A DNA stretch of 61,051 nucleotides, counting the filler, from Sphacelaria rigidula (taxonomy: Eukaryota): the NCBI GenBank assembly GCA_964200075.2. It is 9 parts of 9 records of this genome, joined end to end, with 100 filler letters (N's around TTAATTAATTAA, not from the genome) between each part and the next. Parts side by side here need not be neighbours in the genome. Positions count along the whole stretch, not along the records: positions 33,976 to 40,669 come from CAXNAA020018566.1; positions 40,770 to 47,463 come from CAXNAA020018567.1; positions 47,564 to 54,257 come from CAXNAA020018568.1; 6 more parts are not named here. One strand, 5' to 3'. The number at the start of each line of letters is the position of its first letter. Positions within the stretch are counted from its first letter, which is position 1. Below, in pieces: positions 38,132-50,854 of the stretch. The notes below the pieces were generated by a model, which made no database searches, was not told the DNA's origin, and saw only the letters and a program-made list of their open reading frames with translations. Made by a program: the position numbers and the translations under genes.

Positions 38132-38356
38132 GTTACCGAGGGTGCCCCACTCATCCTTCTTCTCTTCATCGCTGGGCTTGTCCTTTCCCTTGCCCTTATC
38201 CTTGTCCTTCTCTTTGTCGCCCTTGTCGCCGTCCCTACCACACTCCGAGCTGTCTGCCTTGCCCTCCGTAACATCTTCGATCATCGCAATCTCCGTGTCA
38301 CTGTCTTGCTCCTTCGACGACTCCACCTCTGTGCCCCTCACGAACCCCAGAGTCGC
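38132..38356 (-). CDS. Exon of the same contig-6 gene (charged, low complexity)
   Basis: CACAG acceptor, GTGAGT donor, 75 codons ATLGFVRGTEVESSKEQ..DEWGTLGN, phase 0. Confidence 0.65.
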
Positions 38357-41300
38357 CTGTGCACAGTGACATACAAATTAAGCCCCCAGTTTTGGAGTTC
38401 ACGTTAGCTTCTTTCATCTAGACCCCGGGGCGGAAAACAGAAGATCCTAGCGTAAACACACAACAAATCACACGATGTACATGTCACCTCTTGTGGTAGA
38501 AAGCACGCCCTCACAAAGTGGTGGGTGCTCCTAACTCCAGGGAGCAACAAGCAAAACGCACACTTATTCCATACACCAGGCGAAAAAAAACACGAGGAGT
38601 GACGAGGTATCAGCAAAAATCAGGGAGGAAACACCACGCGAGCATGTCAGCCTCAAACAAACATGAAAATGAGCCAACAGTCAGTCACCAAGACACTTGC
38701 CTTCAAGATGAACATCACACACGCACCATCATCAACCACGGATTCATAATGTGGACATATATACGTGAGCACCAGAGCCCTAGTCCAGAAAACGTATCAC
38801 TTGCGGTAATTTGGGCGCGAACATTGTCAATCGACTAGTACCATCCGGCGCGAGCCGTGAAACACGCCGAAAACATCATCTTCGCTCGCAGTCCTCCAAG
38901 CGCAACAACGACGGATCGTGTCGCACTCGTGCCTTCAATTTTTATCCTATAACAAACATGTGACCTCATATGCCCATATGCTCAAAGAGGAGTTTCTGGC
39001 GAATGGTTCAAGGTCACCACGACCTTGGCAAGGTACGAGGCCAGCGCAGGAACATGGCGATGCGCAAAAAAGACTACGCTTGGTGTATCTCGTGGAAGCC
39101 TGGCCCAACAATAATGCATTGGCAAGTGGGGTAGAACCCCTTTCGTGCCAGGCTACTTTGGGCTACAGCTTGTCTTCGTGTTCGGAGGAGAGAGCAGGGG
39201 CGGGGGGGGGGGGGCCGTACTAACGTGTTGTTTGCCTCAGTCGTTTGACCATTGGCCCAGCCCCCCTTTTCAGACGGAANNNNNNNNNNTGTCTTAGGTG
39301 GCGGGGGGGTTGGGGGGCGTGTGGGTGGAGCGGGCCGGGGGGGGGGTTTGCGGGGTGTAGCGGGGGGCGTACTAACGTGTTGTTTGCCTCAGTCGTTTGA
39401 CCATTGACCACGCATCCCTTTCCAGACGGAACAAGGGGGGGAGGGGGGAGGGGAGAAGGTTCTAAGCACGGGCGCAAGACATATCCCCGACGGATGTGCT
39501 TGAAGAATTCTGAGCAAAAAATAATGCTTACGGGGTGTTGTACTGCCTTTTGGTCAAAATACCAAGGTGTACCCCTTTCCTAGAATGCTGCCCTAAATAT
39601 ACATCACAGTTGTGGGCGCGCCTGACCCCCCAAAATGAGCTTAAAAAGTGTCACCGACCAAAAGCACGAACAGACCGGAGATCTCGTTCATCCCCTGATT
39701 ATTCACGCCGTAAAATCCCCCCAAGTACTTGTGATTTTGAGTGGGGTTTCCACTCGACGATTCCCCATTTTCGTTGTCCTGGGCTACGAACCACGGCGTA
39801 CCTGGGCTACTCACCGGCGTGTATGTGTCCAAGCTACAATCTGGAAAGATTGTGGAACCAAAGGAGTTGTGGTGATCGAGAAAATCGCAAAAAATACATG
39901 TTTTTCCCACTTAATTTGTTATAGAACTCGAATCCCGATGAGATAAAAAAAATTGTTCACCGAGTTTTTAGCTGCCGTCTTGGCGCAAATGATGCAAAAA
40001 ATCACATCCCAATCGATGGCCTTGACGATGAGTAAGTGGGGCAACCGTTTGGGCTACGGGCGCAAACCAGCACCTCCAACACTCGCCGGTTTTCACGACA
40101 TGCGCACACGTCACCCCTGTCCGACGGCCTCAGAATAGATTACACTCATGGATGACTCTTGATACTGCAGATGGTTGATACATCACATGTGTGGAATGTT
40201 CGGCAGGTAGGTGTAGAATTGAACCTTTGACCAAACCCCTAGAGGCTTCCGCGTGTGCGGATATTTACCCCCACATCTGTGCATCGCTTGTGATAGTGGC
40301 AAGAGTAGCGCTCGTTCTCCTGCACTCGGTGCCATCACCACGCCACCGTCGATAGCGTAGCTTTGTATCTCATCTCACCTGGCGGCAAGTGTGGACAAAC
40401 TCTGAACTTACGGAGAAAAGAAAGCCACAGAGAATGGTAGAGGCACAGCTCCCATGAAAAGATCCGGATTTCGGTGTTCACAATAATATCAAGATGGATC
40501 AACTTATCCTCCCCAATGGTCAACTATACTACGTCAAGGCGACACAGAAGACAGCATGAAGTCGTCAGCCCACTTTTGCTGAAGCCACATGGCACCGGAG
40601 CCCCATTCATGTCTTTCAGTGCACCAACCCGTCCAAAAATGCGCGTCCGTTGTATCGGTAGTGGTGGGTNNNNNNNNNNNNNNNNNNNNNNNNNNNNNNN
40701 NNNNNNNNNNNNNTTAATTAATTAANNNNNNNNNNNNNNNNNNNNNNNNNNNNNNNNNNNNNNNNNNNNTAGAATCGTTAGGCGCCTCTGAGCCAGAAAA
40801 AATGCCGCGAAAAAAGTGCACCCCTACCGTAGCATTCCCCTTCCGGGAACGCATTGCCCATGTAGCTTGGCTTCGTTTAAAGCTCACCCAGCATGTATTG
40901 CTGGTGAATTTCCTGTACCCCAGCACTCATTGCTGACAAAATACAATCAACATTATGCAGATTTCTCCACACACAAGGCCTCAACACAGAGCGGACTGAC
41001 CCTAGCACGCTAATAGCATGCCGATTACACGCATGTCGCAACGCTAGACATGCAACACCATGCGTCAGATCTTTTGCATCAATAAACTGCCTTACCGTGT
41101 TCTTGTTGATACCACGGTGAAACCCTGCAATTTCGATTCGCGACAGATATATCTCCGTCGACATGTGTTCATGTATAAGTACGTTATTCCCGGTGCGTTT
41201 TGCCGTTGACTTCTGAAGATTGAATACCATGGATAGCTTCGCTAAGTGAGGCCAAGACAATAAAAAACGACCTCCATGGAAAGAAATTTAGAGAAGAGGG

Positions 41301-41360
41301 CGGCTCGACCACAACTAAGATGCTTTGTTTCTTCTCCCAATCCTATCGTTGTAATGGCAG

Positions 41361-41435
41361 CCTGCCCTTCAATGGAAATCAGATCGAACATCCCGGTATG
41401 GAGAGCCTGTGGACGGCCGCGGACCCCAGGAACGG
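41361..41435 (+). CDS. Candidate exon of the unknown contig-7 gene
   Basis: GCAG acceptor, GTAAGG donor, 25 open codons, phase 0. Confidence 0.4.
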
Positions 41436-41814
41436 GTAAGGGTATAGAAATGGACGGGATGAAGCGAAGCATGTGAATCAAATGCCGCAGTGACGCCTCC
41501 ACTGTTAAATATATCGTTTTAAGTTGTGTTCCGAATTACTCGCCTTCACGTTGCAGTGGGTGTATCTCGCCGCTTGTTTTGTTGTGATTTGCGGTCAGCA
41601 CGAGCGTGCTGTGTTTTTTGTTGTTGTGTGCTAGTGCTTCTTGGCATGTATGTTGGTATCTTGCCCCAGTTCTACCGTATCGCAATTTTAGTTCGTCAAA
41701 GTGATGATTTTGTCGATCCGAGAAAACCCTCCTTCCTCTGCTCTGAACGCCACACTCGATACGCGTGTCCATGAACACCTACCATATTTCCACCATCTTG
41801 TGCAATTTTAACAG

Positions 41815-42243
41815 GGCAACTGGCGACGATCCTCCAGCACCCTCGGCCCCCACGACCCACCCCTCCGGGAAAATGAATTTCTCTCGTGCGCCTGCTCCGC
41901 CAGTAGCGACGATATTTCCCACATTCTCGCGCCAACCGCGTACCGGTCGGCGGATTCTATTGTCAGCGATGGGTTGTGTGTATCCGCGACAGAGCACGGC
42001 TCCTTGCGTGTGAACCGCGGTCATGAGCCCAGCGAGGACCCCCAGAGTGCCGCTTGGGAAGGGACAGCGCAGGAGAGGAAGAAGGGCTGGTACTGGAGGA
42101 TGTTCGGCAAGGAAGTCGAGACGCCTGCGGAGGGGAACCAACGTGGCGACGATGAGGTCTCGCCCGCACAGGATGGTGCCGACCGAGGAGGGGCAGCTAG
42201 GGCGGAAGAAAAAGGTGTATCCAAGGAGGAGTCGTCCACTGAG
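41815..42243 (+). CDS. Exon of the unknown contig-7 gene
   Basis: TTTTAACAG acceptor, 143 open codons (GNWRRSSST..KGWYWRMFGK..ESSTE), GTGAGA donor. Confidence 0.6.
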
Positions 42244-42624
42244 GTGAGAGTATTCCAACTTAAAAATCATCGTAAGAGCAACGTGCAGGCTTGGTGACAC
42301 TATACCCAGAGCAAATCCCAAGCTTTTAAAATTGGCAAATATATACATTCAAATGGTTGAATTAGTTCAGTGGTACAACAGTGCCATGCGGAGATGGGCG
42401 TTAGACACGGTCACGGCTTCCTGGGATACTTGATATGCTCAAGATTTCTGAATTTCCAGTTGTACTCGTCTCCGTGCTGCCTGTGCCGCACTGCTCATGG
42501 GAAAGGAAGTGAACATGAAAAACCAGCGCTCATTTCTTCGCACGCCACGCCCTCATCATGTCATCATACACGTTAAGCGATCCCGCCCCTTCCCTCACCC
42601 CTACAAACACAAACTATCATGCAG

Positions 42625-42897
42625 ATGATGGTGCACCGGGGGCGAGTGTCAGTAGTCCGAAAGACACCACAAACAAGGAAGAGGCTATCCGGCTTCTTTT
42701 ACAACGGAGAACACCAAAAGACAGAGACGACCTTCCGGTCACCGAGGCCCACCGGATACTGGCGAACCTACTTCTCCATGGTGGACAGTAAAGGCCGCGA
42801 TATCCGGAACGCCGAGTTGGGGGTAACCCCTGACGGGAGTGTCGCGATGACAACGCCTCGCGGGCGGGTATTGTGGGAGCCAAGTCTAGACGTTTAG
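42625..42897 (+). CDS. Terminal exon of the unknown contig-7 gene, B-lectin-like motif at the end
   Basis: ATGCAG acceptor, phase 0. Ends AELGVTPDGSVAMTTPRGRVLWEPSLDV*. Confidence 0.55.
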   Translation: MMVHRGRVSVVRKTPQTRKRLSGFFYNGEHQKTETTFRSPRPTGYWRTYFSMVDSKGRDIRNAELGVTPDGSVAMTTPRGRVLWEPSLDV

Positions 42898-43435
42898 CTG
42901 ACTTTGTGTGGAACACGATCTGTTATAGAGGTGGGGGAAGGTGAAGGGGGCAGTGGATGAAAAAAAATAAGATAGAAGGGAACGAGAAGAAAAGTAGACG
43001 ATTACCATAGCACCAGAGAACACATATCAGGGCAAGGAGTAGTGCACGTTTGGGACCTTCAGTAGGGTATATGATATGAGCAGAGAGACACGTTGCCCAA
43101 GCACGAGGCCTCGGACTAATCTCGAGTACAATCTGCACGGCTATCGAGGATCAGAAGTCAGCAGCTTTGTTTTCCTGGGTAACTGCAAACGACAGAGGAA
43201 GGAACAGGGGGTACGTTTGAGAAGCGTACGGGAGGGTGGCGGGGGGTGGCGGGGGCGTCCAGCTGCATCTCTTTGGTGCACGGTACTCTGCGATATCTGA
43301 GCTATCCCAGTCTGCGAGACTACCACCTACTACTGATCACGTTCTTCAGATTACTTGAAGTCCGCTCACCGTACAGAGTGAAAATATTTTTAACAAACGA
43401 ATGTTGAAAACGGGGAAACAAGGATGAGGATGAAG

Positions 43436-44725
43436 GTGGGGGGGCGTTCTCATGTTTTACTTGCCATATAAGGTAGTCGTTTGACCATTCACCACTCATC
43501 CCTTTCGAGACGACGCACCGTTCCTGCTCCTAATGATAGAGACACCTCCGACACTTGGGCAATTATTATATTTTCCCCATACACTACACAAAATCGATTT
43601 TACATATCTTATCCCCTTCCTCTTTCGCCGTCTGTGGTCACCATCCACCTCCTCGCGTAGCAATCGTTTTCTTCCCACTATCCGTTGTACCAAACGACTT
43701 CGTGTCACAATAGTTTAGATCCCTCATTTCCTTATCTACCACGTCCCGTTCTTCCTCACATAGTTCACAATTTCTCACTATATGAGTTCTACTCTCGTTG
43801 CTTCAACACAAGGGTCATTATATGCATTTACCTCCTCCTACACCCGACGACCGGTACACCCGTTTCCCTTTTTGGCAGGTCCAGGTCCCCAACCGGAGAT
43901 GGCGATTTCAGCGTCACCGCGTAGTCATTTGTCTCGTGCACGTACGTTTTCATCTCCATCTCTTCTCTCGACGCCCCGTTTATCTTCAGGTGTTCTCCCT
44001 TGTCTACTTTCTGTCATGATGCTACTTTTGCCGTTATTTCCATCTTCTTTGTATATTTTTGTCTTGTACTCCTCACGCTCACCGATGGGCACTGTCTCTT
44101 CTTGGTTTCCTCCTATATTCTGCCATACTTTATCGATTACCCTATCCTACCTTACTGCAACCTGCTCTTTCGTTACTTTCTTCCATACAGCGCTGTCAAA
44201 ACTACGGGTGGTAATCTCTTTCTTGGTTCCTTACATTATGTTGTCATTTAACTTTCTCGTGTCTCCATTTGTTTCAGGTGGGTACATATCCAATTCTACT
44301 CTACTCTCAATACTGCTTCGCTCGTCGTTTTCGAGCATCCAACCATATTGTTAGCTGCTGCCATCTGTACTGTTTCTAGAATCTCCACGACCTTCGGGTG
44401 CCGTTGCCATACATCTCTTGCACACTCTAGCTGTTGTACAATCACACCCGTAAGAATACAGGTCCTAATCCTAGTGTCAAGGTGTGAGTCTCTTGGGATC
44501 ACGCCCATCTTGCCCATATATGCGTTACCCTTCCCTATTACTTTGTTCATATGTAGCTCTACATCCCAAGAGTAGCTTTTTCTTCATCTATACGCCAAGG
44601 TATGTATACTGGTCTGCGCTCGGTAATTAGGTAATCCCTCCTCTCCCCACATCCATTTGAATCCTAGTGGGCTTTCCTCATCTTCGTGACATACATACCA
44701 CGCAATTTTTTCACGCTTGCTGTCC
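43436..44725 (-). mobile_element. Degenerate LINE (family B, RTEX-like), post-RT region through the C-tailed 3' end
   Basis: Reads ..QYTYLGV..SWD..KVIGKG..DSHLDTRI..LETVQMAAA..GCSKTTS.AVLR.E..GDLDLP..CPC....SRTHIV..GGVSIIRSRNGASSRKG with stops and frameshifts, then a terminal C-run. Confidence 0.85.
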
Positions 44726-45559
44726 CTCTCCATCTCCTAGTAGCCATGAGGACATGATTAATCGTAGCCAAAAAAGTCAACTCTACGAGAATTGGCGCGG
44801 TGCGGGGGTGCTGATAGATAGTATCTAATGGGCGATATCATAATACAAGGCGTGTGCCCGGGGAGAGATGGGTTGACTTATTGATCCCTTGAGGCCATGG
44901 ACTCGTACCAAGGGAGGGGAGGGGATAAATGGGTGCCAAACGAAGGAAAAATGTTGTCGCACCGCCGATTATCTGACCAGTTCATCGTGAAACCGGCTGG
45001 GAGCGTGTAGGAGGTGCTTCGATTCCCGGCAAACAAAGTTTTGTGCGGTTTTTCCCTGTGGAGTACCGGACTTTTTCAGTCCTTCATAAAGTGAAGACGT
45101 GATGGAAGGTAAAAGAAACATCGACGGAAAAAATAACAGCCGACGCGGTGCGGGATTGTCGATCTAATCCGCGGTTCTGCTTTCAAAATATCAGGCACGT
45201 ACCGGGAACAGCTGATTATCAAAATCCAGGATTGAGCTTCTTTTCAAGAATGGTGACCCGAAAAAATAAAATATTCGTATCCACCCCAATGCTTCGAAAT
45301 GTATGGTTTTATTCCTTCACCTAATGGCACTCCACGCTATTCAAGTTTGGATTCCGGTAGCTGAAAATTTGGGGTCCAAGGTGAAATAACCGTGGGGAAT
45401 CTAGGTGAGCTTTTCGAATATTTGGCGAGCGCCCACAAAACAAATATCTCGGCTCACAATAGGCCCACGCGTTTCCGAACACAAGAAACATCAACTTCTC
45501 AAGTTCTGTACCATGTAACAAGGTGGTGGTAGCCTTGTCTATCCACCAGCAACAAGACT

Positions 45560-46675
45560 TACGGGGCGTTGAGAGAAGGAATAGGGACAAAAACATATCT
45601 GCATGGCCCATTGGACGCGGGGAAAAAATTGGAACTGCGATTTCGGGTGGGGGACCTGGACCTGCCAGAAAGAGAAGATAGGTACTTCCTCTGTCTCATA
45701 GGTTAGGGTATCTATGGGCAAAACGTTGTCTGGGTACGTTAGAAAGAGAAACGAAGACGAAGCTCGAGGGAAACAAAAAAAACGGGGATATATTCCTTTA
45801 CCGAAAATGAGTTAAAATACACCCTATTTTGGGAACATTTTACAAGATATTTTTCGAGAATGCTTCTGAGAATTCTCGAAAAAATCGCGAAAACGTCCAA
45901 AATTAGTACCCTATACGCCCACTACACCATTCTAGCGATGGACTCACCCCCCACCACACCCCCACCTCGCAAACAGGGCGCCGAGGTATCGGTTGGTGGC
46001 CGCTACGCAATGGCTACAATGGTTTTCGACTCTTTCTCTCTCGTGGGAAAGGCGAGAAATATGGCCCTTTTTGTGCCGACTGATTTGTCTTCGGCCGTTC
46101 GGCCGCATGGCTCAAGAACCGGCTGAAAAAACAAAACGCTCTTTACTCGAAATCATCGAAGATTTCAACAAGAGAATCGAAAAACAGATCGGACACGGTT
46201 GAGGGCCCGTGCAAATTTAGGTACCCAAACTTACGAGGCAGAGGAAGGATATACCAGGAGTCGAGAGGAAGAGGAAGAAGATACACACAAAAGTGCCCCT
46301 GTGCCAAAGCAACGGAGAGAAAAACTCATTTAGTGATAAAATGTGACCTAGACAAGGAGGAACGGGACGTGCTAGACGGGGAAATGCGGAACGTGAACTA
46401 AGGTAGTACATAATCGTTTGATGCATTACACAGAGGAGAGAAAACGATGGCTGTACTAGGAGACAAATGATGGCCACAGAATGCCAAACAGGACAGGAAC
46501 AAGATACGTGAAAGGTTTTTGTGTAATATATATAAAAGTAATGAGCACCTTAATATTGGATGTGTCTCAATCAGGAGGAGTAACGGTGATCCGTCTCAGA
46601 AGGGATGCGTGGTCAATGGTCAAACGACTAACGCAAGCAACAAATAAGTACGCCCCCCCCACCCCGCCCCCCGCC
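45560..46675 (+). mobile_element. Second family B LINE 3' portion, interrupted by a MITE
   Basis: KTYLHGPLD..LRFRVGDLDLPER before the insert. CPCAKATERKTHLV.KC..KEERDVL..RWWPQ.AKQ after it. Ends AAGTACGCCCCCCCC. Confidence 0.85.
45685..46247. mobile_element. Stowaway/Tc1-mariner-like MITE
   Basis: About 30-bp imperfect TIRs CTTCCTCTGTCTCATAGGTTAGGGTATCTA and TAGGTACCCAAACTTACGAGGCAGAGGAAG, inserted at a TA within LINE coding sequence. Confidence 0.75.
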
Positions 46676-46677
46676 TA

Positions 46678-47113
46678 GTCAGCCTGGTCCGGCGAGAACC
46701 CAGCGTACTCCGTCCCGGCTTTGTGGGGGCGCACTTTGTGCGGCGTGGGAGAACCTCAACTGCCCACAAAGGGGATGGTCGTACCACGTAGTGTTGAATG
46801 TTGAGACACCCATGAGGCAATGCGTAAGTCGTGGCTGTCTCTGGAAGTGGCGATACCAGAAAATGAAGCAACTCATCGGAGGCTATCATCCAAATTCAAG
46901 ATAGTCAGTACGCTTCGGGCCGAACAATCTTGACAGGATGCAGCTCATCCTTCATGCGACTCACCGAACACACGACAGCGCTTCGCGCTTGGTGATGGAT
47001 TGCGAGCCTGGTCCGGCGAAAAACCCGGCGTGCTCCGTCCCGGCTTTGTAGGGATGCGGGGTCAACGGTCGTATGACTATGGCATGCATGATCATGAGTA
47101 CAACCCCCACCCC
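46678..47113 (+). mobile_element. Family A retroposon with an internal deletion
   Basis: Begins immediately after the LINE C-tail, has both direct repeats and ends GAGTACAACCCCCACCCC. Confidence 0.8.
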
Positions 47114-47392
47114 GAAGTGTTTCGTCTCGGAAGGGATGCGTACTCAATGGTCAAACGACTGAGGCATACAACAGATGAGTAACCCCGCATTTCTCCTTCC
47201 ACCCAGCCGGCAGGAGACTCCCTCTCAAGTACTACCCCTCAGCTTTGCGTAAGCGAACAGCGAAATAGTTATTGAGCAAGGCTCAACGATGTTGGTTAGG
47301 ACGTCTAATCAACCACTCACCATGCTGAACCCGGTATATAAAATCAATCTCTGAAACAGGATAATGCTTCCATCCTCCACACACACAATTAG

Positions 47393-47463
47393 CCGGTCGC
47401 CCCGGTGGCTCAGTTGGTAACCTCGTAACCTTCTGATGGTTGAGTTGTGGGGTTCGATTCCCG
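47393..47463 (+). mobile_element. tRNA-derived SINE head, cut by the contig end
   Basis: A box TGGCTCAGTTGG and B box GGTTCGATTCC. Homologous to the head at 57303. Confidence 0.7.
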
Positions 47464-50400
47464 NNNNNNNNNNNNNNNNNNNNNNNNNNNNNNNNNNNNN
47501 NNNNNNNTTAATTAATTAANNNNNNNNNNNNNNNNNNNNNNNNNNNNNNNNNNNNNNNNNNNNGGGCTGTATGGCAAGGTGATGGGGACAAAAGTATCAT
47601 CCGAAGCCACAAGTGGCGGGCGGCCCGCCGGTCGCCGCATCCTGTTAGAAGCTCTTTACCACGACCTATACTACTTGCTAAATCAGATGTACGCCACCTG
47701 ATGCGCCCCCTACACCTGAAAAAAGATTGGAAGTTTCGGTCTTTGTCATAACCCTGCGGTTATATACTCGGATTTTCAGGAACACGCCACTGTTTCGTGC
47801 AGACGCTAGACACGTCATTCCTGACCAGCCTCATTAGTCGTTCTGGAGGTCCGGTCCCAAAAGGGTCAATCATTCGCTTTAACTTGACTATTTTTTCATT
47901 ATGTGTGTGCTTTCCCTTACTTGTAACACTACCGTGTGCTCGAATCTACACGTCGATATCGTACTTACGGATATCAAGGGCTTCAGTGGCAACCTACTGC
48001 AGAAAAGGTATCGGGCCTCATTGAGGATCATTTCAAAACTGAAGCTATTCATTCGTTAATTGAACGCTTCTCGCTCTCGATCGTATACTCTACCCTCAGA
48101 CTCACGAAAACACTGTTGTGCTTTAAAGAAGTGACACATGGTATTGATTGATCGATTACCCTGTGCCCAGCGCGCTTCCAATTTCAATTTGTTTCGGTGT
48201 TTGTGACGTTGCGGTCTTGGATTGCGGCGGTGAAACCGGAGTGGTCTCGGCTGGGTCCTTGTTGGAAATGGCTCCAAAGGAAGGTCTGCCGCACGCACCC
48301 GGGGTATGGTGATGTGTCGTTGCACGGAAGCGTAAAGTTATATTGAAGCATAAATCGTGGTCGTGTTATCGCCGTCGCCTTACACTCGCAAGGGCCCGCA
48401 GCAAGCCAGCGCTGAGACGCGACCCGTCTCCCGGAAAATTCCCGCTAGGTCGTCCCGCACTAGTCCCAGCCACTACCATACCTGTTTTCAAGTTCATGTA
48501 CACGACTTGCTTCCGGGTATGCCATAGACTACAGGCTGCAAACTGCTGTTCCTGGGGCGGACAGGAGACAGCGTCAAGCAGCTGCACGCTGGGCCGAGGG
48601 GGCTCATACCGGGAAATCACGCTCCCCCCCCCCAGGTCGCCGAAACCTCACTCTGGGGCCGTAGGGGGGGAGGGAGGGGGGGGGGGCACCCCGGGGACCC
48701 TATTTTTGGAGGGGGGGGGCGACGGCGGTACTACCTGCTCACTGCACAGCGGCAGGATGCAGGGTGACAAAGCACCCCGTAGGACGTCATATTCTCAACC
48801 CATACCTCTCCTGTATTGATTTCTCGCTGTCCTATACAATTCGCCGCACCATAAACGCAGTCGCTTGTACCTGCGGTCAAAGTGTACGCAGGATATCACC
48901 CCTCACTACGCGCTACGTCGCTCCGCCATGTTTTGTAACGTTGTTCGTCTTGCAGCTACAGCGTGCATTTGCCCCAGGTGACGCACGCAGGAGTGAAAGG
49001 CCGCCTCCGCCACTGTAATGGCTGCCTGTGTCTTGGGCTGAGCTATATGGCAATACAGCCGCGGCTGGTGCGCTCAAATATACCGAAAGATGGAGACCGG
49101 CGTCCAGGATGGATGGGACGACAACACACAACGCACCGTGCGCAGTACACTTTCAACATCGTGTTCGTACTGACTATAAAAATCTGTCCACGGTCTGGTA
49201 CATTTCCGTGTAACGTTACTCAGTGAGATCGTGAAAAAATCCGCGACATCTGGGCGAACTGCAGGTGAGGCAATCGCCAAAGTCCTCATCCGCAAACTCT
49301 CCTCCAGTGCACTGTCACTTGATAACGCTAGAACGACACCACCATAACCACCTTGCCGGCTGCCATACTGTCAGGACGTAGGATCCGCTAGCATTGCTAC
49401 TGTCTGTACAAGGATGTTGCCTCCTTGTCGGGTAGGTGGGAAATGGTCGGCGGTGGAGCGCAGTGGTCGCGTAAAGTAGCTGCACGCTGTGCGTCCTCAC
49501 TCAAGACGTCGATTCAAATACTAGGTAGGCAGCAGCAACTGCTGTGTCAAGGTGCCTCTTGGAGCAAGATGCATCTAGTTTCTGTTTGACAGAGTTTTCC
49601 CCAAAAATCGAAATCAGTGGGAGATTTAGAGTGGAAAAATGTCGCAAAAAACGAGTCACAAAAAACTGTTTCATCGATTGTTTCACCCGGGGCAGAAATC
49701 AATTTCACCAAGTGAAATTTGAAAAAGTCTTCGCTGAGCGCAAGTGCTTGGTGTAAACGTCTGTGACATGCTTGCTTAGACTGCGCTCAAAGTGGAGGAT
49801 GGAGGAAGCCCGCCTGCTTCTCCTTATACTACGTCGATCATCGTAAGACCACAGCAACCACCGGGAGCTCGAGAGATTTTTGCTTCTACAATCATTCAAG
49901 ACTCAAGGTTCATTCGATAGGTGAACTCATATTGAGTTTTTTCAAACATGACATATCAGTGTCTGATACGGGGCGCTTCAATGGATTCAGCGCGGCATGC
50001 GTAAGCCAGTTACATGTAGCCTATGGCCATGATCCAAGAAGGCAAGGCTGCATCCCGGACACGCGGGCACCATCGTTTCTCATGCACGGCTTGCTCATCA
50101 GTGAGGTAGGGATAACGGCAGCTGCAGCATGATCACAGGATCCGCGGAACTGACATCCCTCCACTGTGTCCGCCCCATCAATCCACCACACCCCGGACGC
50201 TAGATTACAATGTCAGCAGGTGTACCGCGTACAGGACTGGCTATTGCCGATATTATACATCAATAGACTATGTTCTATACTGCACGCGGTACAATTTTCG
50301 ACGATGCCATACATTGCCATCATCCAGGGTGCGCAATCCACCATCAGCGTCGGGGACGTGAGCCTTTTCATTGATCCGAGTAAGGTTGCAAATAGATAAG

Positions 50401-50747
50401 GAAAAATTACCGTGAAGGAATGACGAGACAACAAAATAAAGGAACAAATACTGTAGTAACATCGGTGTCCCGCCAGGACGACTCGGATGCACAACCAACC
50501 CCCTCTTCATCAACATACAAACGCCTCCTCGCATGCAACAAGTATGAAAGGTTCATTCTACTCCTGAGCGCGAGGAGACAGCACAGCTATTTTGTTTTTT
50601 ACAGCGCGTTTGTATCGCAAGCACGCACAACAAAAGCAGAGGGAGGTCCTAGTTTTTCAACGGCGCACTTGCATCCGGCGAAAGCTTAGCAACTACTCCG
50701 GAGTGCAATCTGTGTGCGATTTCCCCTTCTTTTTTTTATAGGTTTGT

Positions 50748-50854
50748 TCAAGGAGCGCATCGGCTCGGGTCTCTCGGGAACATCGACGCCTTCCTGATGT
50801 TCTTGAGGCCCAGGAAGAGCATGACCACTCGCTCAAGTCCGATTCCCCCGCCAC
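50748..50854 (-). CDS. DARS1: Cytosolic aspartyl-tRNA synthetase, terminal exon
   Basis: [35 protein letters not shown] (class II motif 3), GCAG acceptor. Confidence 0.93.

Noticed and set aside
43782..44354. 190-aa hydrophobic ORF as a membrane protein
   Set aside because: It is the antisense reading of a purine-rich LINE remnant.
47393..47463. tRNA gene
   Set aside because: A and B boxes are present but there is no convincing cloverleaf, and it is homologous to a SINE head at 57303.
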